This document shows positions 37,839 through 50,111 of a stretch of 64,000 nt of DNA, in pieces. Where the stretch lies: assembly GCF_964213995.1 (NCBI RefSeq), contig NW_027590141.1, positions 1,054,001 to 1,118,000 on the forward strand, read 5' to 3'. Origin of the DNA: Mustelus asterias (Eukaryota). The translations under genes and the position numbers were made by a program. Below the pieces are notes generated by a model. It did not search any database, was not told where the DNA came from, and saw nothing but the letters and a program-made list of their open reading frames with translations. Each line of letters begins with the position of its first letter. Position 1 is the stretch's first letter.

Positions 37839-37919
37839 AGTTTTTGTGCGAGTGTGTGTCACTGTGATACTACAGGGGGGTCACAGTGCTGAGCACAGCG
37901 ACATCCTCATACAAAAACC
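37839..37919 (+). other. IGHD: D1 segment (37867-37881, ATACTACAGGGGGGT) with 5' 12-RSS and 3' 22-RSS
   Basis: AGTTTTTGT-12-CACTGTG | D | CACAGTG-22-ACAAAAACC; all three forward frames open (ILQGG, YYRG, TTGG). Confidence 0.95.
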
Positions 37920-38219
37920 TCATGGAAAGAGATTGTTCAAATTGGTAATCAGTACCACAGCAGGAGTTTCAAAGTAAACGAGGCTTCAGTGAAATAATGT
38001 GTGGAAGTAATGTTAGTTTGTGAAAAGGTATAAAAATCTTCCCATAAAATCTATATTTACCGATATGCTAAATCTACACAGAGAGTTTAAAAGCATTCCG
38101 ATCCCCTTTATAAATACAATGACCAGGACAAGCTGAAATATCTCAGTCACTCGCTCGTGGATGAGGCAGAATCAGATTTTTGAGACAGCAGTGAAATTAA
38201 ACAGTTAGCAGTCGGGCAC

Positions 38220-38288
38220 AGTATTTGTCATGCTGTGTCTCACTGTGATAACTGGGGTGGCACAGCAGTTACTGTCGATACAAAAACC
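38220..38288 (+). other. IGHD: D2 segment (38248-38260, ATAACTGGGGTGG) with 12/12 RSS
   Basis: AGTATTTGT-12-CACTGTG | D | CACAGCA-12-ACAAAAACC. Confidence 0.95.
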
Positions 38289-38615
38289 CCTCAGCACTAA
38301 TTGACCGAGACTGGGGCAGTGCTCTGTTTTCCAATCCAGCATTATTTACAGTGCTGTATTATTTATGTCCCAGCACTACACAAATAGCGAGAATTAATAT
38401 GGAAAATGTATGATAACTATTTGATTATCAGTTGGTGTTTTCAGTAACTTGATCATGTGATCCTCTATGAAATATAAAACATTAAGGTTATTTACGAAGA
38501 GCGAACGGTATCCACCAGTGCAATAATAATTTCATGAACATGCAGTGATTTGCTTTCCCTCTGGCTTGTGAATTTTTAAAATACTGATGGATTTCTGTCT
38601 ATTTTGTGCAGAGAT

Positions 38616-38654
38616 GGTTATTGTATGACCCAGCCTCGAGAATGTGACACTGTG
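38616..38654 (+). other. JH 23-RSS
   Basis: GGTTATTGT-23-CACTGTG. Confidence 0.92.
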
Positions 38655-38702
38655 ACGCCATGGGCTACTGGGGACAAGGGACCATGGTGACGGTGACTGC
38701 AG
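38655..38702 (+). CDS. IGHJ: JH segment (AMGYWGQGTMVTVTA)
   Basis: WGxG motif; phase-1 donor G|gtaag at 38703. Confidence 0.97.
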
Positions 38703-38959
38703 GTAAGAACCATGCATTTATTTAGTCAGTGTTTTATTTGAGTTTTTGTTTTGTACTTTTTCTCGATTTTATTAATTCATTCGTTCAATGTAATGTGGTT
38801 TGGTGGATTCTGTGCTGAAAATCTTTACAATGTTTCATGTGATCCTGCTTAAAATGGGGGTTATAGAATTCTACTGTTAATTGACAAAAGGCGATACTGA
38901 GTGATTCAGTCTCTTGTTGTGATTTGGTGTTTATCTGCTGAGGACATTGTGTGGCTGGG

Positions 38960-41900
38960 TTACTTTAAATGCATTCCTTTTGTTAAACAGTTCGGCGTTT
39001 CTTCAATGTTTAATCTCGGTGACATCTAGTGGCTGCGAGTTGCACCATCTACTGCACAAGTGTTTGAAATCTAACCCAATATTAACAAAATGTGTTAAAG
39101 TTTCTACTTTAATGTTGCGAACATGTTCCGCTTAATCACAATCTGGTTTTGTTATCTCATTGTTGTGCTTATTTTAATCATTAGTTGCTTTGGTGATGGT
39201 CAGATTGGCTGGATTTTAAATTGAGATTTTCTGCCAATGTGAAATTTGATTCTGTTGCAACTGTTTGTAGAATTGAGCTGCTTCTGCATGAACCGGGGTT
39301 CAGTCCCTCAGTGCTGCGTGTTTCTGGTGAGGAGGTTGTCTGGCTGGGTGACTTTGAATAAGTAAAATTTGTGAAATGGTTCGGAGATTCTGCATTGTTT
39401 CCACTCGGTGACACTGAGCTGTTACACACTTTGTGATTGAATACAAACAGTCTGCGGGTTTTAAACTACTTGACGCGTGCCTGCAGACAGAAATCAGGCA
39501 GGCTTTATTGTATTTGTATTTTTTTAAATCGTAGCTGATAATTGCAGGTTAAACCAAACCATGGTTTATGCCACTCGTCCAAAACATAGTTTACCACAGC
39601 ATTCACAATTTGGGATACATGCCATGTTTAACCTCGGTGGCATCTGACGGCTGCAGCTTTTACCCACCCAATATTTTAATATGTTTGAAATCTGTTTGAA
39701 ATATGACCCAATATGAATAGAATGTGGTAAAATTTCAATTTTAATTTGTTGGACATATTCCACCTCCTCGCAATGCTATTGCTCTTATTCCAAATTTCTG
39801 TTTAGTTCAATCATTCATATATTTGGTGACGAGCTGGTTTGCCGGATTGAATATTGAGATTTCCTTGCAATCATATTTTTGATTTTGTTGAATGGATAAT
39901 TGAGTTGCGTCCCCGTGAAACGGATTCATTCCCTCATTGATGTGTTTTGGTGTGTTTCTGTTGAGGAGGTTCTGTTGTTGGGTCACTAAGAATGTTTAAA
40001 ATGTGTGAAATGTTTTGGTGTTTCTGCATTGTTTAACCTCGGTGGCAGTGAGCGGTTACACGTTTTCTGGTTAAATGCAAATAATCTATGAGTTTGAAAA
40101 TCCTTGTAGGGAGAAAATAAGCAGGTTGTGAAATAAATAAAATAAAGGTATTACAGCATTTTAATAAATTTTAACTAACTTAGAAATTAAAATAAATCAT
40201 GTCTTACAACGCTCAATCGGACACTAAGTAGTTGCTGCAAAAAGAAACTTCTCGTTAACAAGTTTGATAGTAAAATTAATATAAATCAAACTGTTATTAA
40301 TCGGTAACATAACTACATATTCACAAAAGATTATTTTCCATTAATATCATTTCGCATTAATCGGCGTTAATAGTTCTGCTGTGCTTTGCATACAATTAAC
40401 ATGACCAGAAAGGTTTCTCGGCTGGAAATATTTTGTGATAATTCCAGAAACTATTTCCATGATAACATGCTGTTTCCACAGCAGCGCTCAGTTCAACAAG
40501 ATACTTTGCATTAATTGTTATATCCCCGATGAAGTTCGCATTCACTTAAATCTGAGTTTTGGAGAATAATTGGCAATAAAACGCTATTTGGCAATTTTTG
40601 TGCCCGATTATTACATTGTTTCTGTGCAGGCGCAGCATTCCTTCCAAGTAATTTGTAGTTGGATGCAGAGGTAATTAATCACTAATCTCATCCCAAAATT
40701 TGTGAAATGGTTTGGTGTTTCTCAATTGTTTCTGTATTGTTTCAACTCGGTGATCCTGAGCGGTTACAGTTTTTCGAGCTAAATGAAAAAAACAAACTGC
40801 GTTTAAACATCCTTGTCAGGATAAAACAAACTGGTATCGGAAAAAATAAAACAAATATATATTTGAGCATTTTATTCATGTTAACTGATGCTTGCAGATT
40901 AAAGTAAATCATGAATTACAATTCTTACTGTGTCACTGTACCTCTGTTAGGGACATTACACCCTGGATCTGTTATATCTGATGTGCTCATTTTCAGAAAA
41001 AAAATATTTTTTTTGCCTAGTTTTCGAAATTTGAGATAGACAGGGAGAAATAGTTAAAAGTCGAAGGGAATTTTGAAATGAATATCAGTTTAATTTAAAA
41101 GAAGTTATTGATTTTTGTTGTAGTTTGAAAATTGATCAATTAGAATCCCGCAGTTTAAATAAATGTGACAGAGTGAACACAGTTTTCTGACAGGTGGAAT
41201 TCGCTAACACTAAACAATTGTTCATATAATGGTGTTTGAATTGTCGTAAGGTGTCAACAGAAACTGGCTAGAGATTTGCAATTTAATACTTGAAATTCAA
41301 ATAATTAATTTTTATAATATTATAATATTTTTATATTAGTAATATTTGCTCTGCATTTAATAATCACATCCTGTCTCCCATTACTGCTGAACATAGAATA
41401 GAATTATTGGATGAATAAATGACAGAATGGAAGAATTGATTCTATTTGAGCATTATGTTTAATTAGTATTAAATATTATACTGAAGAAAAAGTCTCGACT
41501 TATTTTGTGCATCATGTTTCAGTGTTGCAGAGGATTTGAATCAATTGTCCTCATTGTGTTTTTCATTGTTTAATTCAGAACTTCTTAATTTAAACAATAT
41601 GTTCAGTAATTAAATTATATGGATGGTCCAAATTATTAAATCTAGGAAGCAGCTTCATTGACCTCAAACTGCCAGGCCGTTACAGTATATACAAATTCAG
41701 AAACATGCATTCTTAACACGTTTGCAGGTTATAATAAGGCATTTGGAGTAAAAGTGGAAATGAAAAAACATGACAATGTTATTCGATTTAAGCAAATGAA
41801 TTACAGATGTCTGAATTTTTCCATTCAGTAATTTGAAGTTTATTGTTTAAGATTTAATTGGAACCTAATTACTTCACAATGTTCGAGGCAGGGAAAGTTT

Positions 41901-42480
41901 TGAATGATTGAAAACTGATTTTATTAGGGAGTACAAATCAGCTAACAGGAAAAGTAACCGGCAATTAACAAAACAAAATATAATATTGGTGCTAATTAAT
42001 TCAAAACAAAATACCTTGAATAATGCACGGGCGTGCAAAGTATCATCCGTTTCAGAGAATGTTTAATTGTATCGAAAATGAATTAAGAGACAAAACCTTT
42101 CTTTCATCAGCTATGCTTAGCTCGATAAGGTGTTTTATCTCGAATATTTTGTTGATTACATTTAATTAAGAAATTCGATCGAATCAGGTAATGATTTTCA
42201 ATGTAAATGTTTCTTGGTTTATTTAATCCTTACTGTGTCACTGTATCTCTGTCGGGGACATTGAACTGTCCTGAATCTGTTATTTTTGATTCCTAATTTT
42301 CAGCGAAATTACATTTTTACATAGTTTTCGAGAAGTGAGACAGACAGAGAGACTTAATTTAAAATCGACAGGAGTTTTGAAATGAATATCAGTTTTATTT
42401 AAAAGAGGTTATTGATTTTCTGTTGCAAATTGATCATTGATCAATTAGAATCAAACAGTTTGAATTAAATTGACAGATTG
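38960..42480 (+). repeat. Degenerate internal duplications in the 5' J-C intron
   Basis: tgtgaaatg.tt.gg.g.ttct..attgttt...ctcggtg...tgagc.gttaca at about 39370, 40003 and 40701; ~250-bp block 40922-41180 repeated at 42228-42480. Confidence 0.75.
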
Positions 42481-43559
42481 ATCATACCTACCTGCTGGGA
42501 AATCGATTGTTGCACCGTTTGTGTCTGTTCTGTTTCTGCGCGCGTGGTCACTGTGTTGGGACCAGGAATCTGCCTGACTGGTTGTAAAACTTCTGGTTCC
42601 TTCTGCTGTATTTCAGGGAGTGAAATTTGATTTATTTCTTCAATAAACTTGTATCTGTGAGAAATGTGACAGTTTGACTTGATGTTTGGCTCGGCGTCTC
42701 AGAAATGAGATCCCTAAAGCATATTGTGACCATCAGAGAGAGCAGAAACGTCAGATTGTAGAGGGAGATTTGGATGATTTTTAACCAGTGATGTACCGGC
42801 CTTGGGAATGTTCGATGAGCAAATGCAAAGTGAGATTTACTATATTGTGCTCCGTAGTAAAGCAGTCCATGACCTGTTTGGTATGACAGTTGAAGGGTCA
42901 AATTCATTTGCATCTTATTTTTAATCTTCTAAACCCATTTTAGAGTCATTTGCTCGGCCAGAAGTTTTAATCATCAATAATTGTTCCTTGAGAAAGTGTT
43001 GATATAAAGCATCCTTGAATAACTGCAATCCATATGCTGCAGGCATCCGCCGTGCTGTTAGGTGGAAGTTCCAGGATTTTGACCCAGAAGGAACTGAGGT
43101 ATTGTTTCAAGTCAGGATGGTGTGTGTCTTGGAGGGGAGCTTGCAGGTGGTAGTCTTCATATGTGGCTGCTGCCCTTATCCTGTTAGGATATAAAGGCAA
43201 CGGGTTTGGACAGTGTTTACTATGGAGCCTTGGTGAGTTGCTGCAGTGCATCTTGTATATAATACACACTGCTGTCACTGCTTGTTAGTGATGGAGAGAG
43301 CGAATAGTGTGAATGAGGGGGCGGATAATCTTGTGGGTGGCTTTGCCCTGGATTGTGTCATATTTCTTGAGTTTTTACAGGTTTCCCTCATTGAGTAGGG
43401 TGAATTATTCAATTGCGACTGATTGCGAAAGATTTAAATGTTTTTCCAACCCTTAGCCCGCGCTCCGTATTGTGCTCACTTGTCACTTCCACTTACTGTG
43501 TGAATGGGTGAGTATGTGTGGAGTGAGTGTGCTTTTCCAGACTGAATCAGCCAAATAGA

Positions 43560-44999
43560 GACTTATACACATCACACACTCTCACACACATAAATACTCT
43601 CATATTCTCTCACACATGCACACACACACACATACATACTCACACTTACTTTCTCTCTCATACGGTCTCTCTTACACACCCATACACATTCTCTCTCTCA
43701 CGTTACACATACACTCTCTCAATACAAATACATACATCGTCTCGCTCTCTCCATCAATCTCTCACATCCCCATCCACAAAAGCGCTCACATCCCCACACA
43801 CCCACCCATTTTCTCTTATACACAGACACACACTCTCACATCAGCACAGTCTCACACTCTCGCGCACGCACTCTCACATGGACTCTCTCCCACTCTCTGT
43901 CACACACGCTCAAGCTGTCTCACATTTCTCCACACGCTCTCTCACAATTCCTCTCGCACACGCATCTCTTTCTCTCTCACACACACACACACGCACATAT
44001 TTCTATTTCTCTTGCGCACACTATCTCACACCTCTACATTCTTGCTCTCACACACTGGCTCTCTCACAATCACTCTCTCACAAACATAGAACAGGCACAC
44101 ACTCTAACACACACTCTTACACACAGACACAGTCTCTCCCATAAGCACAGTCTCGCGCACACATTCGCTCTCTCACACACACATGCACTATGCCTCTCAC
44201 ATTCCCTCTTCCGTACACTCTCACTTCGTCTCACACACATTCCGATGCCCTCTCTCACTCATACGAACACTTGCACATGTATTCTCTCACACAGGCACAT
44301 ATTTCTCTCTATTTCACACGCTCACTCCCTTACACATTGTCCTCTTTTTAGGTCAAACCAAACCAAGTAAACAAACTCAGATTAAATCAGGACAAAGTAA
44401 AAGGGGCAGCTCCCCAAAAAGGAGGGGGAACAGCCCGAACAGAAATCAAAGTACAAAGGAAACTTAAAAACATCAAATTAAAATGTGATTATTAGGGCCA
44501 ATAATGCACCCCAACCCCTGCGGTGCCCAGCGGGCGCGGAAAGCGTCAACCTCGCCCGTGGACACCGCATGCTCCCTCTCCAGGGACACCTGGCCGCGAC
44601 CGTAGCCGCGGTAGAGGGGAAGACAGTCAGGATGGACGGCCCCCTCGATCGCCCGCAGCCTGGACCGGTAAATGGCGCGTTTCGCCAGGCCCAGGAGCAG
44701 GTTCACGAGGAGGTCGCCATCCCGACCCTCCCCCTTACACATTGTCTCACATGCACAATCTTGCTCTCAAACCCTGTCTCTCACAAACACCCTCTCTTTC
44801 ACACGCACACAATCTCTCACACAGTCTCTCCTTCTCTTACACTCGAACACACATGTATATACAATGTATCGCTCTTTAAACACTCCACCTATCACAGACA
44901 CATGTTCTCTCAACAGTCATTTCACTCACACACACTCACGCATCCATTCTGTCTAAGTTTCACACTTTTTCTCGCTCACACACACTCTCCCCGCCCCTC

Positions 45000-45030
<31 letters not shown>

Positions 45031-45520
45031 TCAAACACCCCACATTGCTTCTATCTCCCACACACATTGTACACATCTTTCGCACTCACACGCCATCCCA
45101 TGCACAGTTTCACACACTGATGAACATATTATTTTGCTTTCCAATAGGCACTCCCTCTCACACACACTGTCTTTCACATGAACACAACACTCTCCCACAC
45201 ACACACCCTCCCTCAAGCACACACACTCTCTTTCACAGACATCGTGTATCTCAAATAGATACACTCCTTTTCACATCAACATACACACACTCACACACAG
45301 AAGTACTCTTTCACACAGACTCCCCACACACACTCTCCCCGCCCCTCCACACACATACATTTTCAAGAAGAGACACACTCTCACACACAAAGAATAACTC
45401 TTCAAACACACATTCTGTCTCACACACACACATTATCTCACACATCCTTTCTCTCACGCACACTCTCTCCTCTTGCACGCACAGCCCACTGTCTCACACA
45501 CGTGCAAACGCATTCTATCA
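43560..45520. repeat. (CA)/(CT)-rich low-complexity tract
   Basis: Direct inspection. Confidence 0.9.
44342..44731 (-). mobile_element. Tx1/L1-like LINE 3' fragment
   Basis: ORF 44473-44742 LLVNLLLGLAKRAIYRSR..VSLEREH..FRARW resembles Tx1-clade ORF2 C-termini; perfect 15-bp TSD cccttacacattgtc at 44327-44341 and 44732-44746. Confidence 0.7.
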
Positions 45521-45707
45521 NNNNNNNNNNNNNNNNNNNNNNNNNNNNNNNNNNNNNNNNNNNNNNNNNNNNNNNNNNNNNNNNNNNNNNNNNNNNNNNN
45601 NNNNNNNNNNNNNNNNNNNNNNNNNNNNNNNNNNNNNNNNNNNNNNNNNNNNNNNNNNNNNNNNNNNNNNNNNNNNNNNNNNNNNNNNNNNNNNNNNNNN
45701 NNNNNNN
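45521..45707. other. Assembly gap (187 N)
   Basis: Run of n. Confidence 1.
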
Positions 45708-45727
45708 CAGAGTGTCTGTCCTGGACA

Positions 45728-46040
45728 CCATAGAGTAGAATCATAGGATGCTACAGTGCAGAAGGAGGCCATTCAGCCCATCGAGTCTGCACCAATAGCA
45801 ATCCCACCAAAGCCCTATCCCCATAACCACATGTATCTACCCTAACTAGTCCCCCTGACACAAAGGGGCAATTTAGCACGGCCAATCCACCGAACCCACA
45901 CATCTTTGGACTGTGGGAGGAAACAGGCGCACCCGAAGGAAACCCAAACAGACACGGGGGGAACTTGCAAACTCCACACAGACAGTGACCCAAGTCGGGA
46001 ATCCAACTCTGAGGCAGCAGCGCTAATCACTGTGCCACTG
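45728..46040 (-). mobile_element. V-SINE with CR1-type tail
   Basis: Reverse-strand gtggcacagtgattagc head, V core and tail. Confidence 0.8.
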
Positions 46041-46619
46041 CCACCGCCACCCCCCCCCCCCCCACCCCGATACGCCCCCCACCCCGGTAGCATTTGAATG
46101 AGGGTGGGATCAAGGGGCCCGAGTAAAACTAGTCAATAAGAATCGGCGGGAAATTCTTCTCTGTTTGGAGTCATACTTAGCACAAAGCAACATGGTATTG
46201 GTGGTTGGAGGTCAAACATCTAAGTTCAGATTTCACTGCAGGATTTCGGCAGGGGATTGTTTCGGGACCAACAATCTTCTACTGCTTCAACAGTGACATT
46301 CCCTCCAACATGAGGTCAGAAGTAGGAATTTCCATGTGTTACACCGGACACAAAAACCCAAAAAATAAGAAGGGAATTGGCTGAGACCAAGGCCGCCTGG
46401 CTCCCAATACTGGTTGATTCCTGTGCGACCCATCCTAGTTTTGCTGTCAGCTTCCCTACAGCTCCCTCAGTCTGACTATTTGTTCACTGGTACGTGTTTC
46501 TTGAAGAAAGACACCGACATTAAAGCAGCTGCCCGGTGATTTACACATCCCTGCTACTGAAAGCTGATCAATGTGGAGAATCGGGAAAAGATCGATGGAG
46601 AGGAAGAGGTGGAGGTGGC

Positions 46620-48150
46620 CCACTGACTCTCTCACCCTCATCCACACTTACTCACTCACCCTCAATCTCTCATCCTCACTCAAAGAACTTGACTCACTCA
46701 CCCTCACTTATCCACCTTCCCTCGCTGACACACTCTCACTCATTCATCCCCACTCACAAATCCCAACTCACTCATCCCAACTCACTCACCCTCGCTCACT
46801 CATCCACCCTCACACACTCAATTTCACACACTCAACCTCACACACTCAACTTCACACACTCAATTTCACGCACTCAATTTCACGCACTCAATCTCAGAAA
46901 CTCACTGACCCTCATTCACCCTGAGTCACTCACCCTCACACCCTCACTCACTCAAAATCACTCACACACATTCGCTCTCTCACTCTCGCCCATCCTCACT
47001 CACTCACCCTCATTCACTCACATTCACACCCTCATTCACTCACCAGCACTCACTCACTCAGTCACACTCACTCGCCCTCACACACCCTCATTCACTCACT
47101 GTCACTCAGTCACCCACACTCACACGCTATCACTCACTCAACCTCACTCACTAACCCTCAGTCACTCACTCAGAGCCTCAGTCACTCACCAACACTCATA
47201 GTCACCTTCGTTCACTCATCCCACTAACCCAGCCTCACTCACCCACTCTCACTCACTCAGTCCACTTACCCACCCTCACTCATCCAGTCTCAATCTCTCT
47301 CACTCACCCTCACTCACTCTCCCCACTTACCCACCCTCACTCACCCAGACGTTGCCCCACACACTCAAGCTCAATTACCCTCTCTCTCTCACGTACGCCA
47401 CCTGACCCATTCAAACTCACTGAGACTCACGCACCTACATTCACTCACACACCCTCACATATTCACCATCACTCACGTTCACCCACCCTAACTCACAGAT
47501 CCTCAATCACTCATCCTCAGTCAAACACCTTTACTCACTCACCTTCACTCATCCACCCATCCGCATTCATTCTCCCTCACACACTCTCACACACCACCCT
47601 CAATAACCCCCCCCAGCTCACTCACTCTCTCACCCTCACTTACTAAGTCACATTCACTCCTCACCCTCATTCACTCGCTCTCACTCACCCACCTTCAGTA
47701 ACCTTCACGCATCCTCACTCACTCACCCTCATTCATTCTCTCTTACCGACACTCACTCACCCACCTTCACTCACACATTCAGCCACCTTCACTCACCCAC
47801 CCTCTCTCACACACCCTCATTTACTCACGCTCTCTCACCCTCACTTACTAAGTCACATTCACTCCTCACCCTCATTCACTCGCTCTCACTCACCCACCTT
47901 CACTAACCTTCACGCATCCTCACTCACTCACCCTCATTCATTCTCTCTTACCGACACTCACTCACCCACCTTCACTCACACATTCAGCCACCTTCACTCA
48001 CTCACCCTCAATCACTCATCCTCACTGAAAGAACTTCACTCACTCACCCTCACTTACCCACCTTCCGTCACTCACACGCCATCACTCATCCACTCTCACT
48101 CCTTCAATCACTCACCCTCACGCACTCACATTCTCTCACTCACACTCGCT
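46620..48150. repeat. (TCAC/CTCA)n-based degenerate satellite, including a near-exact duplication of ~205-bp period (about 47626-47795 / 47831-48001)
   Basis: Direct inspection. Confidence 0.9.
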
Positions 48151-48282
48151 AAACCTGTGTGTGGAGGTCTGCAACGAGAGAGAAGAAAGATCTCAAGCGG
48201 CAGTTTGGTGTTCAAATGTGGGAGCTGCCCTGCGAATGCGGAGAGCTGGGGGGAATCCCTGGGGGCTCAGGGCCAAGGACAA

Positions 48283-48833
48283 TGGCAAAGAGCCAGGGAG
48301 AACAGGAGGCGTGCTAAAGGGCAGAGAGCCGGGGGGGAAGGGCAGAGAGCCCGGGGAATGGGCCCACAGCCGGGCAACAGGGCTGAGAGCCGGGAAAGGG
48401 CAGAGAGTCAGGAGAAAGCGCAGAGAGCCAGAAGAAAGGGCAGAGAGCTAATAGAAAGGGCAGGGAGCCAGGTGAAAGGGCAGAGAACCAGGAGAAAGGA
48501 CAGAGAGACCAGGGAAAGAGGAGAGAGCCAGGATAAAGGGCAGGGAGGCCGGGGAAAGGACAGAGAGCCGAGGAAAAGTACAAGAGAGCCCAGAGGAAAG
48601 GGCAGAGAGTCAAGGGGAAAGGCAGGGAGTCAGGGGGAAAGGGCAGAGAGCCAGAGGAAAGGGTAGGGAGCTGAGGGAAAGGGCAGGGAGCCGGGGGAGA
48701 GGGGACAGAGTTGGAGGGAAGTGTAGAGAGCCAGGTGGAAGTGCGGAGAGCCGGGTGAAAGGGGAAAAGAGCCAGAGGGAATAGCAGAGAGCCAGGGGAA
48801 AGCGCAGAGAGTCGGGGAAAATGGGCAGAGAGT
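48283..48833 (+). repeat. G-rich ~20-bp tandem array, consensus GGGCAGAGAGCCAGGGGAAA, about 26 units
   Basis: Units can be counted directly; purine-rich on the IgH sense strand. Confidence 0.92.
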
Positions 48834-49158
48834 GGGTGATCGACGGGCGGAGTGAGGATGTGCAAAATAGAGCTAGCACCACAACCAGATCATCTGTAAT
48901 CTCAGTGAATAATGGAGGAGACGTCAGGGCCCGAATGGCCAACTCTTGCTATTAATGTATGACCCTTCAATTAGTCAATGTTGCAATTATTTGAATTTGT
49001 AATCACATTTAGAGTTTCCTGGTCATTCAGTAAGTATTCATTCCGAAGGTAGTTTTGAAGCAAAGTCACCAATCTTCGTTTTGTGGAGTGAGGGGCAGTG
49101 AGTTGGAGAGAGGAAGGGGCATCAGTTAGTTTGTACACAGGCAATAGCCAAAACTACA

Positions 49159-49278
49159 ATGTGGATATGCCGACGCTAGGTTGGGGTGGGCACAGTAAGG
49201 AGTCTGACAACACCAGGTTGAACTCCAACAGGCTTATTTGGAATCGTGAGCTTTTGGAGCTCTTTCATCAGGCGAGTG
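49159..49278 (-). mobile_element. Penelope-like short element (degenerate hammerhead core)
   Basis: Reverse complement cctgatgaaagagctccaaaagctcacgattccaaataagcctgttgg...; same family as 3593 and 55718. Confidence 0.62.
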
Positions 49279-49811
49279 GCTGATATGAATGAAGAGACAA
49301 CTTCTTCATCACAAAGTGCTGTTGTTTGAGAAATAGGTAGTGCCTGAAGTAATGGAGAAACTCTTTACACTTCTCTGTTAATCCAGTGAATGGTATGTCA
49401 TTACGATGACATCAAAATGTTTTTTCTCTTTCCAATCTGATAGAGGTGGAGACAGTGATGTGAGTTTCTCCAAAGATGGCGATTCCCAAATGATAGGAGT
49501 AACAGAAGCTCAAAGGTGTGCGTAGGTCTTAATCGGGAAATATTAACTTAAGTTCATAATTCTAGTCAAATTGTGACGTTCAAACATAGAAAATAGAAGC
49601 AAGAGGAGGCTCTTCGGCCCTTTGACCCTGCTCTACCATTCACTTTGATTACGGCTCATCAATATCCTGAGCCCGCCTACTACCCATATCCACTGATCCC
49701 TTTAGCCCCAAGAGTTATACCTAATATAGAAACATACTTGTATAAATATGTTTGATTAATTAATAAACGTAGGTAAGAGTCTAACTTGTTGAATCGACTA
49801 TTCTTTCCCAG

Positions 49812-50111
49812 CGACACCGTCTCCGCCCACTCTCTACAGCCTCGTCTCTTCCTGTCAGCAACACAACTCCGCTGGCTCCATCACCTACGGCTGTTTGGCG
49901 ATGGACTACTCTCCAGATGTCTCCAAACTGACCTGGAAGAAAAATGGGCAGCTGATCGACACTGGATTTAAGACTTATCCATCAGTGAGAAACGCGAAGG
50001 GAACCTACACCTTGAGCAGCCAGTTAACCATCACCCAGTCAGAGGGAGAGTGCAGCAAAATCAAGTGTGAGGTTCGACACAGCAGCTCGGTCAAGAGCAT
50101 TGGAATGCAAT
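49812..50111 (+). CDS. IGHM: IgM CH1 exon
   Basis: ttcccag|CG ACA CCG: [50 protein letters not shown]; donor T|gtaag; 300 nt, phase 1. Confidence 0.95.

Noticed and set aside
43527-47201. Long His/Thr/Ser/Leu-rich ORFs, including those crossing the N run
   Set aside because: Translations of (CA)/(CT)/(TCAC) low-complexity DNA and of the gap; no domain signal
48157-48942. ORFs of 169-183 aa on both strands
   Set aside because: Translations of the 20-bp tandem array; no splice or domain support
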